From: an uncultured virus (IMG/VR IMGVR_UViG_3300046685_000084)
Taxonomy: Duplodnaviria; Heunggongvirae; Uroviricota; Caudoviricetes
Reading direction: 5' to 3' (one strand)
IMG/VR virus record: IMGVR_UViG_3300046685_000084
Length of the DNA: 64,000 bases
The position numbers and the translations under genes were made by a program. How positions within the stretch are numbered: position 1 is the stretch's first letter; each line of letters begins with the position of its first letter. The notes beneath the pieces were generated by a model, which had not been told where the DNA came from, made no database searches, and saw only the letters and a list, made by a program, of their open reading frames with translations. Below, piece by piece: positions 28,643 to 39,535 of this stretch.

Positions 28643-31600
28643 ATGGCACTTAACACGAAATTAGATTTATATGATGGCAAGGCAATTCAATGTGCTAATC
28701 AGACATTAACATTATCTGGAAAGACTGTTATTGCAACATCAGGTGATTTGAGATATCAAACACATCCGACATTTACAGGCAATACTCAAATTGTTGATAA
28801 ATGTTATGTTGATACTGCTTCTGGTGGAATTAGTGGTTCTAATGGTTTATGCAGATGTGGCAATAATATTGTTCTTGGTGGTGCACTTACTGGTGCAACA
28901 ACACTTACAGCAAGTAATGGCACTTCATTATTATTTACTGATAGTCGTACAACACCTATTGGTATTCAATACGGTGGCGATTATTGCACTGCATTTCAAG
29001 TACGTTCATTAGTTGATGCCGGATATGTAACAGGTAAAACATCACAAGCAAGTTGTGCAATAGCAATTGCTCCGGTTGCAGTAACTGGTGCAACAAATGG
29101 AATTTGCAAATACGATAGTCATAATGTATGTCTTACTTCAATCAATCAAACAATTTTAAGCGGTACGGTTACAGGTGCGACTAATTTAGGAAGTGGTAAT
29201 GGCACAATTTATACAAGTATAAGTGATAGAAAACTTCAATTAAAAACTCTTAGTGGTGGTACGAATATAACACTTACGTGTAATGGTAACTATATTGGAA
29301 TCAATACACCTACTCTTAGTGTTCCGGTTACTGGTGCTGCAAATGGTTTGTGCGTTTGTGGTAAAAATGCTACTTTGGGTGGTGCTTTAACTGGAAATAC
29401 TTGTATTACTGGTGCATACGAATTCGATTTAAATGTGAATAAAGTAAATATAACAGGTGCTACTGGTGGTATTAGTTTAGGCGGCAACGTATTTTTAAAA
29501 ACTGTTCCTGCTGATGCTCTTGGCGATGTACTTACCTATAATGCAATAACAGGTGTAATTCAAAAGACTACTTTAAGTACTCTTGGTGGAGTAACGGGTG
29601 CAACAAACGGTATTGGTACAACAGGTCAGAAAGTTTGTTTAGGTGGCGCATTAATCGCAAGCACCTCAATTACAGGTGCTCAAGCATTGTGTTTAGGTAC
29701 AGTTGCAAGCAAATTAGCAACATTAGACTTTCATAGTGCAGGCAATATAACAATTGGTGCAGGTAATTTATTGATGTCATCAAGTGGTGCAACATTTACG
29801 GATTTAAGTCCGGTAACCAAACAAGGCATTAAATATGCAAGTGATTATAGTCTAACATATGATTCACGCTCGTTGGTTGACAAAGGATATGTTGATACGG
29901 TTGCAACTGGTCTTCAGGTACGTGCTGCTGCAATAGTCGCAACAACTGTTCCAATTACATTAAGTGCCAATCAAACAATTGATGGTATTTTGACTACAAC
30001 TGGCATGAGGGTATTGGTTAAAAATCAAGCAAATGCTACAACAAATGGCATATATTCTGCAAATACTGGTGCTTGGGGTCGTACATCGGATTTTGATGCG
30101 AGTATTGAAGTTAGTAATGGTGATTTAATTCCTGTTACAAGTGGTTTAACTCAAAATAGTACGATTTGGGTATTAACAACACCAAACCCAATTACTCTTG
30201 GTAGTTCTAATTTAGTATTTACATTGTTTTCAACTGTAATTGATGTTCAAGCAGGTGCGGGTATTGCTATTTCACAAGTAGGTGGTGCTCATACAGTTTG
30301 TGTTAATCTGGGTTCAAATTCTGGATTAAATACAAGTAGTGGTTTGGTTATTGATAGTTCACTTGCAGGTTCTGGTTTAACCTTAACTTCAGGTAAACTT
30401 AATGTAAATGGTGCTTTAGGTGGTAGTGCTTCAAGCATTCCAGTTAAATTCAATGCAGGTAATTGTCTTGTACTTAATTGCGCAGATATTAACACTGCTT
30501 TAAATGCAATAACTGGTGCAACAAATGGCTTAACAAAAGCAGGTCAACAGGTAAAACTTGGTGGTACAATAACTGGCGCAACAACTTTAATATTATCGAG
30601 TGCAGGCGGTTCATTGTTATTCACAGATTCACGTGTTGGCACTGCTGCTGTTGGTTTACAATATACGGGCAATTATGGTGCAAATTTTACTGCTCTTAGT
30701 ATTCCAGATGCTCAATGGGTAACAGGTAAAACTTCATGTGCAACTGTTACAGCAAGTAATGGTTTAACAAAATTAGCAGGTAACAATATAGTTCTTGGTG
30801 GTACATTAACAGGAAATACAAACATTCAATTAGGAACAAACATATTGAGATTTAATAATGGTCAAGTTATTTCCAGTGGTGCTACGGGACAGGGGTTTGA
30901 TAGTTATAATGCCTATAAATTAAGCGGTAGCACATTTTTAAGTGTGCCACGTAGAAATTTCGCTTGTGGCAATATGGCTATTGGCTATCAAGCATTAAGT
31001 GCAAATACAACTGGCTTAAATAATATTGGAATTGGTTATAAAGCACTTGTAAGTAATTTATGCGGTTGTGCTAATATTGCAATTGGTAGTAGTGCACTTC
31101 AAAGCAATACCTGTGGTACTAATAATTTTGCTGCTGGACATGTCGCACTTTATAGTAATTTATGTGGCAGTAACAATATTGCGATTGGCTGTCAAGCACT
31201 TCAATTAAACATTAATGGTGACCGTAACATAGCAATGGGATTTCAATCACTTATGAGCGCATGCAGTTATGATAACATTGCGTTAGGTCAAGCTGCACTT
31301 ATATGCGATACAACTGGTTGTAATAATATTGCAATAGGATATAAAACGCTATATTTAAATTCTACAGGTAATTATAATATTGCAATTGGTAGTTGTGCTG
31401 GTTATAATGAAATTACATCAAATAAACTTTATATAGCAAATTCAAGTACAAACCGTCCTCTTATTTATGGCGATTTTACCGCAAATGCTTGCTGTGCAAT
31501 TATTTATGGCGCATTTAAGACAAGTGGTGCAACATCATTACTTGCAACTCCCGCTGCAGGTTCAATTTCAGATTCGGTAATAGTTTGGAACTCAAGTGAT

Positions 31601-31951
31601 AAACAACTTAAAACTGTTGTGGGTTCAAGTCTTGGTGACAAAAATAATGTTTACGCTAAACAAACAATTATAAGTACACCCGTAACATTAACATCAGGTA
31701 GTTCTTTTGTACAGTTAGTTAATTATGCTGGTGCAGTAACAATTAATTTACCTGCAACTCCAATTAATGGGCAGGTATTTAAAATCAAGGATATAAGCGG
31801 TAATGCATTATTATATAACATTACTGTTGTTGGTAATGCGGGTAATATTGATGGTTCGGCAAATGCAACAATCAATACTTCATATGGTGCTCTCGAATTA
31901 ATGTGGGACACTGCATCAAGTCAATGGTATAGTTTAGCTTTTATTAATTAA
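28643..31951 (+). CDS. Long tail-fibre-like protein with NIAIG..AL beta-helix/YadA-head-like repeats
   Basis: RVLVKNQ...NGIY module, many TGATNG(L/I) repeats, 14-aa N.AIG..AL repeats. Confidence 0.7.
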   Translation: MALNTKLDLYDGKAIQCANQTLTLSGKTVIATSGDLRYQTHPTFTGNTQIVDKCYVDTASGGISGSNGLCRCGNNIVLGGALTGATTLTASNGTSLLFTDSRTTPIGIQYGGDYCTAFQVRSLVDAGYVTGKTSQASCAIAIAPVAVTGATNGICKYDSHNVCLTSINQTILSGTVTGATNLGSGNGTIYTSISDRKLQLKTLSGGTNITLTCNGNYIGINTPTLSVPVTGAANGLCVCGKNATLGGALTGNTCITGAYEFDLNVNKVNITGATGGISLGGNVFLKTVPADALGDVLTYNAITGVIQKTTLSTLGGVTGATNGIGTTGQKVCLGGALIASTSITGAQALCLGTVASKLATLDFHSAGNITIGAGNLLMSSSGATFTDLSPVTKQGIKYASDYSLTYDSRSLVDKGYVDTVATGLQVRAAAIVATTVPITLSANQTIDGILTTTGMRVLVKNQANATTNGIYSANTGAWGRTSDFDASIEVSNGDLIPVTSGLTQNSTIWVLTTPNPITLGSSNLVFTLFSTVIDVQAGAGIAISQVGGAHTVCVNLGSNSGLNTSSGLVIDSSLAGSGLTLTSGKLNVNGALGGSASSIPVKFNAGNCLVLNCADINTALNAITGATNGLTKAGQQVKLGGTITGATTLILSSAGGSLLFTDSRVGTAAVGLQYTGNYGANFTALSIPDAQWVTGKTSCATVTASNGLTKLAGNNIVLGGTLTGNTNIQLGTNILRFNNGQVISSGATGQGFDSYNAYKLSGSTFLSVPRRNFACGNMAIGYQALSANTTGLNNIGIGYKALVSNLCGCANIAIGSSALQSNTCGTNNFAAGHVALYSNLCGSNNIAIGCQALQLNINGDRNIAMGFQSLMSACSYDNIALGQAALICDTTGCNNIAIGYKTLYLNSTGNYNIAIGSCAGYNEITSNKLYIANSSTNRPLIYGDFTANACCAIIYGAFKTSGATSLLATPAAGSISDSVIVWNSSDKQLKTVVGSSLGDKNNVYAKQTIISTPVTLTSGSSFVQLVNYAGAVTINLPATPINGQVFKIKDISGNALLYNITVVGNAGNIDGSANATINTSYGALELMWDTASSQWYSLAFIN

Positions 31952-31968
31952 AGGTTAATATTGATATT

Positions 31969-32003
31969 AAAAATGGGAATTTTAAAAGTTCCCATTTTTT
32001 TTT
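31969..32003 (+). terminator. Rho-independent terminator
   Basis: AAAAATGGGAATTT..AAGTTCCCATTTTT plus T tract. Confidence 0.75.
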
Positions 32004-32082
32004 CTTGCAATATTGAACTTTTTGCATTATTTTAGTATTTATAAAAAAATATAAAAAATTATAATTAAATAAAATTTAAATT

Positions 32083-33009
32083 ATGACAGATAAAATAATA
32101 CTTGCAGACGATAAAATAAGAGATAATGATAAATATATTATCTATCATGTAGAGGGGGGGCATGGAAAATGTGTGATGAGCACGGCAGTAATTCGAGCAA
32201 TGAAAAAAGAATATCCGGACAGAAAAATAATTGTTGTATGTGCATGGGACGGACCTTATTTTTATAATCCCGATGTTTTCAGATTTTACACATTTGGACA
32301 AATGCAATATTTCTTTTCGGATTTTGTTAAACCATACACAAAAATTTTTCGCCAGGAAGTTTATTTTACTGAAGACCACATATTACAGCGTAAACATCTT
32401 ACACAATCTTGGTGTGATATGTATAATATTCCTTATGATGGTCCAAAACCTAAAATCTATTTAAACGCAAGAGAGACTGAAATAGCAAGAGATAAGATAA
32501 AGCCAGACAATAGACCAATTATGCTATTACAAACGCATGGTGGCTCTCCTACGGGGCAATACTCAAAGAAATCGTGGTTCAGGGACATGCCAATTGAAAT
32601 TGCGCAGAAACTCGTGAATTATTTCAATAAGTCTTATAGAATATTACACATAAAATCTCCAGAGCAACCAAATTTGCAGGGTGTAGAGCCTCTAACACTA
32701 CCTTATAGGGAACTTTATGCCGTATTTCCATTGAGTACAAAGAGACTTTTTATTGATAGTTTCGCACAGCATGTTGCTGCAGCTCTTGACCTTCAAAGTA
32801 CTGTTGTTTGGATTGGTAATAAGCCTGAAGTGTTTGGCTATCCCGAACACATAAATGTACTTCCAAATGCACAATATATAAATGAATTAAATAAATTTTC
32901 ATACTTGGAACAATTTGACATCAGTGGTCAGATTCAACAATTTCCATACGATACTGTCAACCTGTTTGACATTAATAAGATTATTGAAGCCGTAAATAAG
33001 CAGAAATAA
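32083..33009 (+). CDS. GT9-like (ADP-heptose transferase fold) glycosyltransferase
   Basis: GGHGK.VMSTAVIRAMKKEYPDRKIIV N-term and FIDSFAQHVAAAL....VVW....P..FGY C-term match GT-B/GT9 patterns. Confidence 0.65.
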   Translation: MTDKIILADDKIRDNDKYIIYHVEGGHGKCVMSTAVIRAMKKEYPDRKIIVVCAWDGPYFYNPDVFRFYTFGQMQYFFSDFVKPYTKIFRQEVYFTEDHILQRKHLTQSWCDMYNIPYDGPKPKIYLNARETEIARDKIKPDNRPIMLLQTHGGSPTGQYSKKSWFRDMPIEIAQKLVNYFNKSYRILHIKSPEQPNLQGVEPLTLPYRELYAVFPLSTKRLFIDSFAQHVAAALDLQSTVVWIGNKPEVFGYPEHINVLPNAQYINELNKFSYLEQFDISGQIQQFPYDTVNLFDINKIIEAVNKQK

Positions 33010-33032
33010 TTGCCATAGTTTTTAGTTTTTTG

Positions 33033-33063
33033 AAACCCATCTGAAAGGATGGGTTTTATTTTT
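33033..33063 (+). terminator. Rho-independent terminator
   Basis: AAACCCATC-tgaaag-GATGGGTTT plus T-rich tail. Confidence 0.75.
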
Positions 33064-33121
33064 CTCTGACATTTAGATTAAGTCAGAGTTTTTAAGTATT
33101 TATCTTAAATGAGAAAATGTT

Positions 33122-33409
33122 ATGGCACTTCAAATGAATTATCGTCATCCCCAATTAGATGTGTTATCTTATAATGCATATTGGAGAATAAATCCAATAA
33201 ATGGTATTGTTGGCGGCAAAGATAGAATTACATATACAATTGATGTATTTAAAAATGCTGAAATGGCACATGTAAAAAATAGTCGTCAGATTCAAAAGTT
33301 CAGTTATTCTTTTGTTCCCGATTGTAAAGATGGTGCACCAAATTTTATTAAACAGGCATATCTTAATGCCAAAACCCAAGCATTATTTAGTGGCAGTGTT
33401 GATGTATAA
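33122..33409 (+). CDS. Small phage tail-associated hypothetical protein
   Basis: AYWRI...NFIKQAY..AK....F.G..DV pattern; lies between fibre genes. Confidence 0.45.
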   Translation: MALQMNYRHPQLDVLSYNAYWRINPINGIVGGKDRITYTIDVFKNAEMAHVKNSRQIQKFSYSFVPDCKDGAPNFIKQAYLNAKTQALFSGSVDV

Positions 33410-33431
33410 TTTTTTTTAATATAATATTCAA

Positions 33432-35750
33432 ATGGCAGTAAATACAAAAATAGACCTATATGATGGCAAGGTTGAACAATGCAGTACGGAGTTATTGCAT
33501 TTATCGGGTTGTACCCACGTATATGGCGAATTTTTGATTCAAAGTGGTGGAACAATTTCTATTTTAGATAATGCGGGTACAGGAAAAGTATTTACTTCAG
33601 ATGGTTTAGGCAATGGAACTTGGGAAATAAATCTTGGTGGAATAATTAATGCTTCAAATGGCTTAACGAGAATTGGTGGTACTGATGTGGTTTGGGGCGG
33701 CAGTTTAACAGGTGTTACACGCATTAATACAGATGGTGGTGCTCTTTATATTACAGGTAATACAAGCAATTTTGGTATTTACCTTGACAGCAATTATCCT
33801 GTTATAGGTTTTGGTGATTATTCTGCTCCTGCTCCACGAACATACATATCAATAACACCATCGATAACAGAATCATTACAGTCTGATGGTTCTAATTCAT
33901 ATACAGATGTATGTCAATTAGCAGGTGTTTTACAATTAAGTGCGAATGATTGCATAAATAATGATTATAGTTGTTATTATCAAACGCCAATTAATATTTC
34001 ATTATCATCAACATGTGGTTCAATTGGAACATATAGCACCTTAAATATTTGTAATGGTATAATGACTATTGATGGCTATAGTACTACAGGATTTTCGGGT
34101 ATTCAATATGTGGGTGATTATAGTGCAACATATACCCCACGCAGTCTTCCAGATGTTGCTTGGGTAACGGGTCATAGTCTTACGGCAAGTAATGGCTTAA
34201 CAATCAGTGGTACAACAGTTTATCTTGGCGGTGCATTAAGTCAAAACACAACAATTAATGCTTTTGGTCATGCGTTTAAAATTTGTGGTCTTAACAATTG
34301 TGATTTGTTAACTATTGATGATAGTGTTGGTATAATTAGTTTATGTACTGGTGGTGGAGCATATATTTGTCTTGAAAGTGGCGATTATATTGGTTTATAT
34401 GCGAGTGCTGAAGGTCTTTCAATAAATGGAACAGGTAGCACCAAATTCACTTCAATAAATGGAACAGGTATTGTATATGCCGGAGATTATTCAGCAACAT
34501 TTTGTGATAATTCACTTGTAAGCAAATTATATGTTGACAATGCATTGACAGGCAGCACATCAACTGCAGGTCAAAATATTACTAAATTAATTTGTCAGAC
34601 TTCACATGGATTCAATGTTGGTGATGTTTTAGGTTGGTCAGGTGGAACATACAATAAAGCAATTGCAAGTGGTGCGTATGATGGTGAAGTTTTAGGTCTT
34701 GTTAGTAAATGCTATAATGTCGATTGCTTTGATTTAACACAAGCAGGCTATGTTACCGGATTAACTGGTTTAATTACAAGTACAACATATTTTCTTAGTG
34801 ATGTTACTGCAGGTCAATTAGCTTCAACAGAACCAATAGGAAATACACACATTAGTAAAGCAGTAATTATTGCAAATTCTTCAACAAGTGGTTGGATTTT
34901 ACCGTATGCAGGTGTCGTCATATCAACGGGAACAACCATAGGAATTGTTAATGCTTGTAATGGTTTAACAACTGATGGCACAACTGTTTGTCTTGGTGGA
35001 GTATTAAGTCAAAATACTAATATTAATATTAGCAGTTATTATCTTCGTATTACTGGTGGTACTTGTTACATGGGATTGGATGTACAAGAAAGTAATGTAA
35101 GTATTGGAAATTATAATAGTTTAGGACGAAATTATGTGTATACGTATGATGGTGCTACTGGAATATATCAGTCAGACGGTACTAATTTTTCACAATTAGA
35201 TGCATATCCCGGCTTTCTTGTTATTTGCGCAGCAAATCCTGCTTCTTGTATAAATAATTGTATTACAATAGGTGAAAACTGTGGAATATGTTTAAATGTA
35301 GGAGATACGTTTACTTCATTAAATAGTAATATTTATTTACTTCCTGAAAGTATTTGCATTAAGGCAAGTCATAATTTAGGTATGGAATTCCGTGGTACAG
35401 GTATTGTCACAGATAATACACTTGCAACTCCATTAGGTTTGCAATATGCGAGTGATTATAGCGCAAATTTTGTTGACCGTTCATTGGTTGATAAGGGATA
35501 TGTTATTGCACAAATAAGTGGTGGCTCGTCATTATCGGTATTCACAATAACTGGTAATAGTACTGCAACTGGTTTTACTGTTAATCACGCTAAAAATAAA
35601 CAATTTGTTGCAGTTGAAGTGGTGAGAGGTAGTAGTCCATATGATACTGTTTATACAAGTGTTCAAAGACCTAATGTCAATTGCGTTTGTGTAACATTTG
35701 ATACTGCACCTGCAAATGGTCAACAGTTTAAAATTTTAATAACGTCTTAA
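33432..35750 (+). CDS. Tail-fibre-like protein
   Basis: N-term MAVNTKIDLYDGK shared with 28643 gene; repeated NGLT..LGG and GIQY..DYSA modules. Confidence 0.65.
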   Translation: MAVNTKIDLYDGKVEQCSTELLHLSGCTHVYGEFLIQSGGTISILDNAGTGKVFTSDGLGNGTWEINLGGIINASNGLTRIGGTDVVWGGSLTGVTRINTDGGALYITGNTSNFGIYLDSNYPVIGFGDYSAPAPRTYISITPSITESLQSDGSNSYTDVCQLAGVLQLSANDCINNDYSCYYQTPINISLSSTCGSIGTYSTLNICNGIMTIDGYSTTGFSGIQYVGDYSATYTPRSLPDVAWVTGHSLTASNGLTISGTTVYLGGALSQNTTINAFGHAFKICGLNNCDLLTIDDSVGIISLCTGGGAYICLESGDYIGLYASAEGLSINGTGSTKFTSINGTGIVYAGDYSATFCDNSLVSKLYVDNALTGSTSTAGQNITKLICQTSHGFNVGDVLGWSGGTYNKAIASGAYDGEVLGLVSKCYNVDCFDLTQAGYVTGLTGLITSTTYFLSDVTAGQLASTEPIGNTHISKAVIIANSSTSGWILPYAGVVISTGTTIGIVNACNGLTTDGTTVCLGGVLSQNTNINISSYYLRITGGTCYMGLDVQESNVSIGNYNSLGRNYVYTYDGATGIYQSDGTNFSQLDAYPGFLVICAANPASCINNCITIGENCGICLNVGDTFTSLNSNIYLLPESICIKASHNLGMEFRGTGIVTDNTLATPLGLQYASDYSANFVDRSLVDKGYVIAQISGGSSLSVFTITGNSTATGFTVNHAKNKQFVAVEVVRGSSPYDTVYTSVQRPNVNCVCVTFDTAPANGQQFKILITS

Positions 35751-35776
35751 AAGTATTTATATAAAAAACGAAATAA

Positions 35777-36817
35777 ATGAGTGATAGGTCAAATATAAGT
35801 TTAGTTGGTAATACAACACAAGGTACAAATTGTGGTGGTGGTGCTGAAGTGTTTAAATGCAAAGCAGGTGGAAATAATTTGCAATTTAGAACTATTTCAG
35901 CAACTGGTGGTTCAATTCAGATATATCAAGTTGGTGATAGAATTTTAATTGGCGGTGGTGGCGGTACAGGTGGTACGTCATACAATTTTTATCCTTCTGG
36001 TGGTACGATAATTAAACAAGTGGGTTCTAATATTACGATATATAGTTCAACAGGTGGTACAGGCACTGGCACAATTACTGGTGGTACAAACGGTCTTGGT
36101 CATTCAGGGGCAAATATTTGCCTTGGCGGTACATTAATCGCCAACACTACAATTGGTAATGGTATTTGTGCATTATCAATTAAAGCCAATCAATTAAATT
36201 TTACGGGTGTAACTGGCATTTATTTGTCAGGAACAACACACTTAAAAACAATTCCTGCTGTTGGCGCATGTACTGATGTTGCATTGACATGGGATTCAGG
36301 TACAACAGCAATTCGTAAACTTCCTATAATAACAGAATGGGTGAGTTCAATAAGTGAACTGATGTATACCGGACAAAAATTTTCATATCCTACGCAATCA
36401 GTATTTCAGACTGATGTGGGCATTTGTTCTATTATACCAAACTATATTTTTATTAGTGGTATTTGTTTAAGTACTGTTTGTACAACTCTAATAATTACAA
36501 TACCAACCAATAAAACAGTATTGTTTAATCGTGCTAAATTAATAATGTTATGCACTGCCATACCAACAAGTTTTGCAGTAAGTATTGGAAATAATTACAG
36601 TGGTCTTGGTGTTCAATGTGATTATAATAATTTGGCGACAAAACAGCAAATTTGTGATGTGTGTGCAAATGAAACCTATGAATTATGCTTGTTTTGCGGA
36701 ACTTGTCGTCAAAATGCTGTTTCTTCCAATAACGGTTCAATTATTTATTTCAATACACTAAGTGGTTCAACCTGTAGTTTAAAAGCTAATTTGTTGATAG
36801 AAGGTTTTCTTTTTTAA
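35777..36817 (+). CDS. Gly/Thr/Cys-rich fibre-like protein
   Basis: LQFRTI, TGGTNGL..LGG.L, LTWDSGT modules shared with neighbours. Confidence 0.55.
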   Translation: MSDRSNISLVGNTTQGTNCGGGAEVFKCKAGGNNLQFRTISATGGSIQIYQVGDRILIGGGGGTGGTSYNFYPSGGTIIKQVGSNITIYSSTGGTGTGTITGGTNGLGHSGANICLGGTLIANTTIGNGICALSIKANQLNFTGVTGIYLSGTTHLKTIPAVGACTDVALTWDSGTTAIRKLPIITEWVSSISELMYTGQKFSYPTQSVFQTDVGICSIIPNYIFISGICLSTVCTTLIITIPTNKTVLFNRAKLIMLCTAIPTSFAVSIGNNYSGLGVQCDYNNLATKQQICDVCANETYELCLFCGTCRQNAVSSNNGSIIYFNTLSGSTCSLKANLLIEGFLF

Positions 36818-36826
36818 ATATATGTT

Positions 36827-39118
36827 ATGTTAATTAATGATGGTAGAATATTAGCAAATGGCACTGGTGGTACTTTGAACATATTTAGAGCACAGGTTAT
36901 CGATTCATATATTCAAATTAATTCACCAAGTAATAATTCAATAATTTTTACTCTTAGTGGCGTAAGTGCAAATAATCCATTAAACATATATTATAAAACG
37001 CTCGCAAGTACAATAAAAAATGCATATGCTTCAAACGGCTATAATTCACAATATTTTTTGGGAACGGGTGAAAATAGTTACAAACCATTTTATTTTTCTG
37101 GTAATTTAAATGCGCTCATAAACATAGAATTTTATAATCAATTTTTTTATAGTAGTACATATGTGGGAGATTTGGTCAAACTAATAAATCAATTTCCTAA
37201 TTTAAGGTCATTTATATTGAACCATATTAGCAATAATTATTATAATTATTCAACATTTAATCAAGATATAAGCAATACTGAATTTCCTTTGAATTTAAGT
37301 ACTTTTCATATTGCCGATAGCACACTATCAGGCAATATCAATACTATTACAAATTTTAATAATGTTAGTGACTTAGAATTGATTAGTGCACAATTTACTG
37401 GAAGTCTTAATAGTGGTTTTACACATTTAAGTAAATTATCGCTAATTTCTTTGAACTATTTAAATGGTAATCTCAACACGATTATCACCAATAATCCGAA
37501 TTTAAATCGTATCAATATAAGTGATGTAATTCAATTAAGTGGTAATGCAAGCACATTAGATGTTTCCAAATTAAATTATATGTATTTGTATCTTTGGAAT
37601 ATGCCGCAAATAATAGGTAATGTAGATAATTGGACGTTTAATACGGGTTTAACTTCATTACAATTATATGACAGATATATTGATGGCGATATGACAAATT
37701 GGAATTTCACCAATACTAAACTTGACAGTTTATTAATTTATGGCAATCAAAATAATTTTCCGTTTAATTCTAAATTATATGGAAATTTATCTGGATGGAC
37801 ATTTCCAAGTACCCTTCAGTCATTTCAGCTATACTTTATTAGTGGCATAACTTCAATACCATTAAATTATACTGGTTGCACTAATTTTAGTTCAATAACC
37901 ATTTATGCAATACCCAATATAAACCAAAGTATTAATGATTTTAAATTTAATAATAATATACAAACTATTTATTTTTATAACAATTCCGTAAAGTCAAAAT
38001 TGCATGGAAATATTAGTACATTTATCATACCACCAAGTGCTACTACAATTGTATTTTTAAATGCCAGCATAACAGGAAATATTTCACTAATCTTATTTAA
38101 TACGAAAATAACACTATTGGAATTAAATAATAATTATTTAAATGGTGATATTATCAATATGACTATTCCCGATTCATTAACCGATTTCAGTGTTGCAGGC
38201 AATTCGGGTGTCACGCTCAATTTAAGCAGTACGCCATATACAAGTGGTAAAACTGCAGGGGTTTTTCATACGAAAAATATAAACCAATTTAATATTAGTA
38301 ATATAAGTGGAATAACAGGCAATTTATCGAACTTGGTTATAGATAATACTATATATAGTTTTTATATATATGGCAACAGTAATTTTCATTGCGATTTATT
38401 GAATTTAGATATATCTAAAATTCAGTATTTTAATGCCACCAACTGTCCCAATTTATTTGGGGATTTAAGTAATTGGCTTACAGGTACAACATTAGTTTCT
38501 CAATTAGATTTAAGTCAAGATGGTTCGTTATCAGGGAGTACAACTAATTGGAACGCCAACATTCCAACACTGAAAATAGAAAATACTAATTTGGGCGGTA
38601 AATTAAAAATAAATAATGTTTATTGGTTAAGTGCTTACAATACCCATATAACCAGTAATATTGCAACCGATTTTAATTTTAGTGGTCAAGGATATTGGGT
38701 TGACTTGAATGGTTGTATAAATTTAACAGGTAACTTATCAGGTGTAACATTATGCCATTCGCAATATATATTCTATATTAATGGCTGTACTGGTATTCTT
38801 GGCTCAAATGCGTTTATTAATTATTTATTTCTTAATAAAAAAAATTGGACTTCTAATTATCTTGGTATTGATATTGCTAATATTGGTGATAGTGTTACAG
38901 GCGCAACCGAAACAAGTGGCAGTACCGGAACATGGAGTGGTAATATTATGGATTTAAGCGAAACCCAAGTTAATAATTTGGCTGCAGGTCTTGATTATAC
39001 GGGTTTGGGAAGCAATACGCCTTGGGATTCAAAACAAAAAATATGGTGGATGAAATATGCACAAATTAGTTCAACAAATCCAAGTTTAAGGTATATACAG
39101 ATTGCAATATCATACTAA
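36827..39118 (+). CDS. Asn-rich leucine-rich-repeat-like protein
   Basis: Recurring ~22-25-aa units ending L/I-x-G-N/D-L/I. Confidence 0.55.
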   Translation: MLINDGRILANGTGGTLNIFRAQVIDSYIQINSPSNNSIIFTLSGVSANNPLNIYYKTLASTIKNAYASNGYNSQYFLGTGENSYKPFYFSGNLNALINIEFYNQFFYSSTYVGDLVKLINQFPNLRSFILNHISNNYYNYSTFNQDISNTEFPLNLSTFHIADSTLSGNINTITNFNNVSDLELISAQFTGSLNSGFTHLSKLSLISLNYLNGNLNTIITNNPNLNRINISDVIQLSGNASTLDVSKLNYMYLYLWNMPQIIGNVDNWTFNTGLTSLQLYDRYIDGDMTNWNFTNTKLDSLLIYGNQNNFPFNSKLYGNLSGWTFPSTLQSFQLYFISGITSIPLNYTGCTNFSSITIYAIPNINQSINDFKFNNNIQTIYFYNNSVKSKLHGNISTFIIPPSATTIVFLNASITGNISLILFNTKITLLELNNNYLNGDIINMTIPDSLTDFSVAGNSGVTLNLSSTPYTSGKTAGVFHTKNINQFNISNISGITGNLSNLVIDNTIYSFYIYGNSNFHCDLLNLDISKIQYFNATNCPNLFGDLSNWLTGTTLVSQLDLSQDGSLSGSTTNWNANIPTLKIENTNLGGKLKINNVYWLSAYNTHITSNIATDFNFSGQGYWVDLNGCINLTGNLSGVTLCHSQYIFYINGCTGILGSNAFINYLFLNKKNWTSNYLGIDIANIGDSVTGATETSGSTGTWSGNIMDLSETQVNNLAAGLDYTGLGSNTPWDSKQKIWWMKYAQISSTNPSLRYIQIAISY

Positions 39119-39181
39119 ATAAAATAGCATAGCAGATACTTAATAAAATTTAAATAGTATTTATATTAAAAATAAGAAATT

Positions 39182-39430
39182 ATGGGAGATTTTAGCAATA
39201 TTCATGATAATCCACAGTTTTACACTCTGGGTTCATCGACATTAATCGATGAAGTATCAAGTACAGAATACTATATTGGTATTTCAAGTGGTGCTAATGA
39301 TGTAAGTGCTACATCTTGGAGCATTAAAAAAATATGGCAGGATGGTACTGTGTGGAGAACTCAGTTCCCCGATGGTGACCAATCATTTAAATTTGTTTGG
39401 AGTGATAGGGGAGGATATACCTACCAATAA
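39182..39430 (+). CDS. Hypothetical protein (probably virion-associated)
   Basis: 82-aa ORF after a GTATTTATA motif. Confidence 0.5.
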   Translation: MGDFSNIHDNPQFYTLGSSTLIDEVSSTEYYIGISSGANDVSATSWSIKKIWQDGTVWRTQFPDGDQSFKFVWSDRGGYTYQ

Positions 39431-39450
39431 TTTAGTGCATAAGATAGTTC

Positions 39451-39482
39451 AAAGAGGGAGATTTATTTCCCTTTTTTCTTTT
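39451..39482 (+). terminator. Probable rho-independent terminator
   Basis: AAAGAGGGAGA-ttta-TTTCCCTTTTT. Confidence 0.6.
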
Positions 39483-39535
39483 ATAACCAGCACCTAATTG
39501 TTTATTCTTTAGTATTTATTGAAAACATCTTAGAT

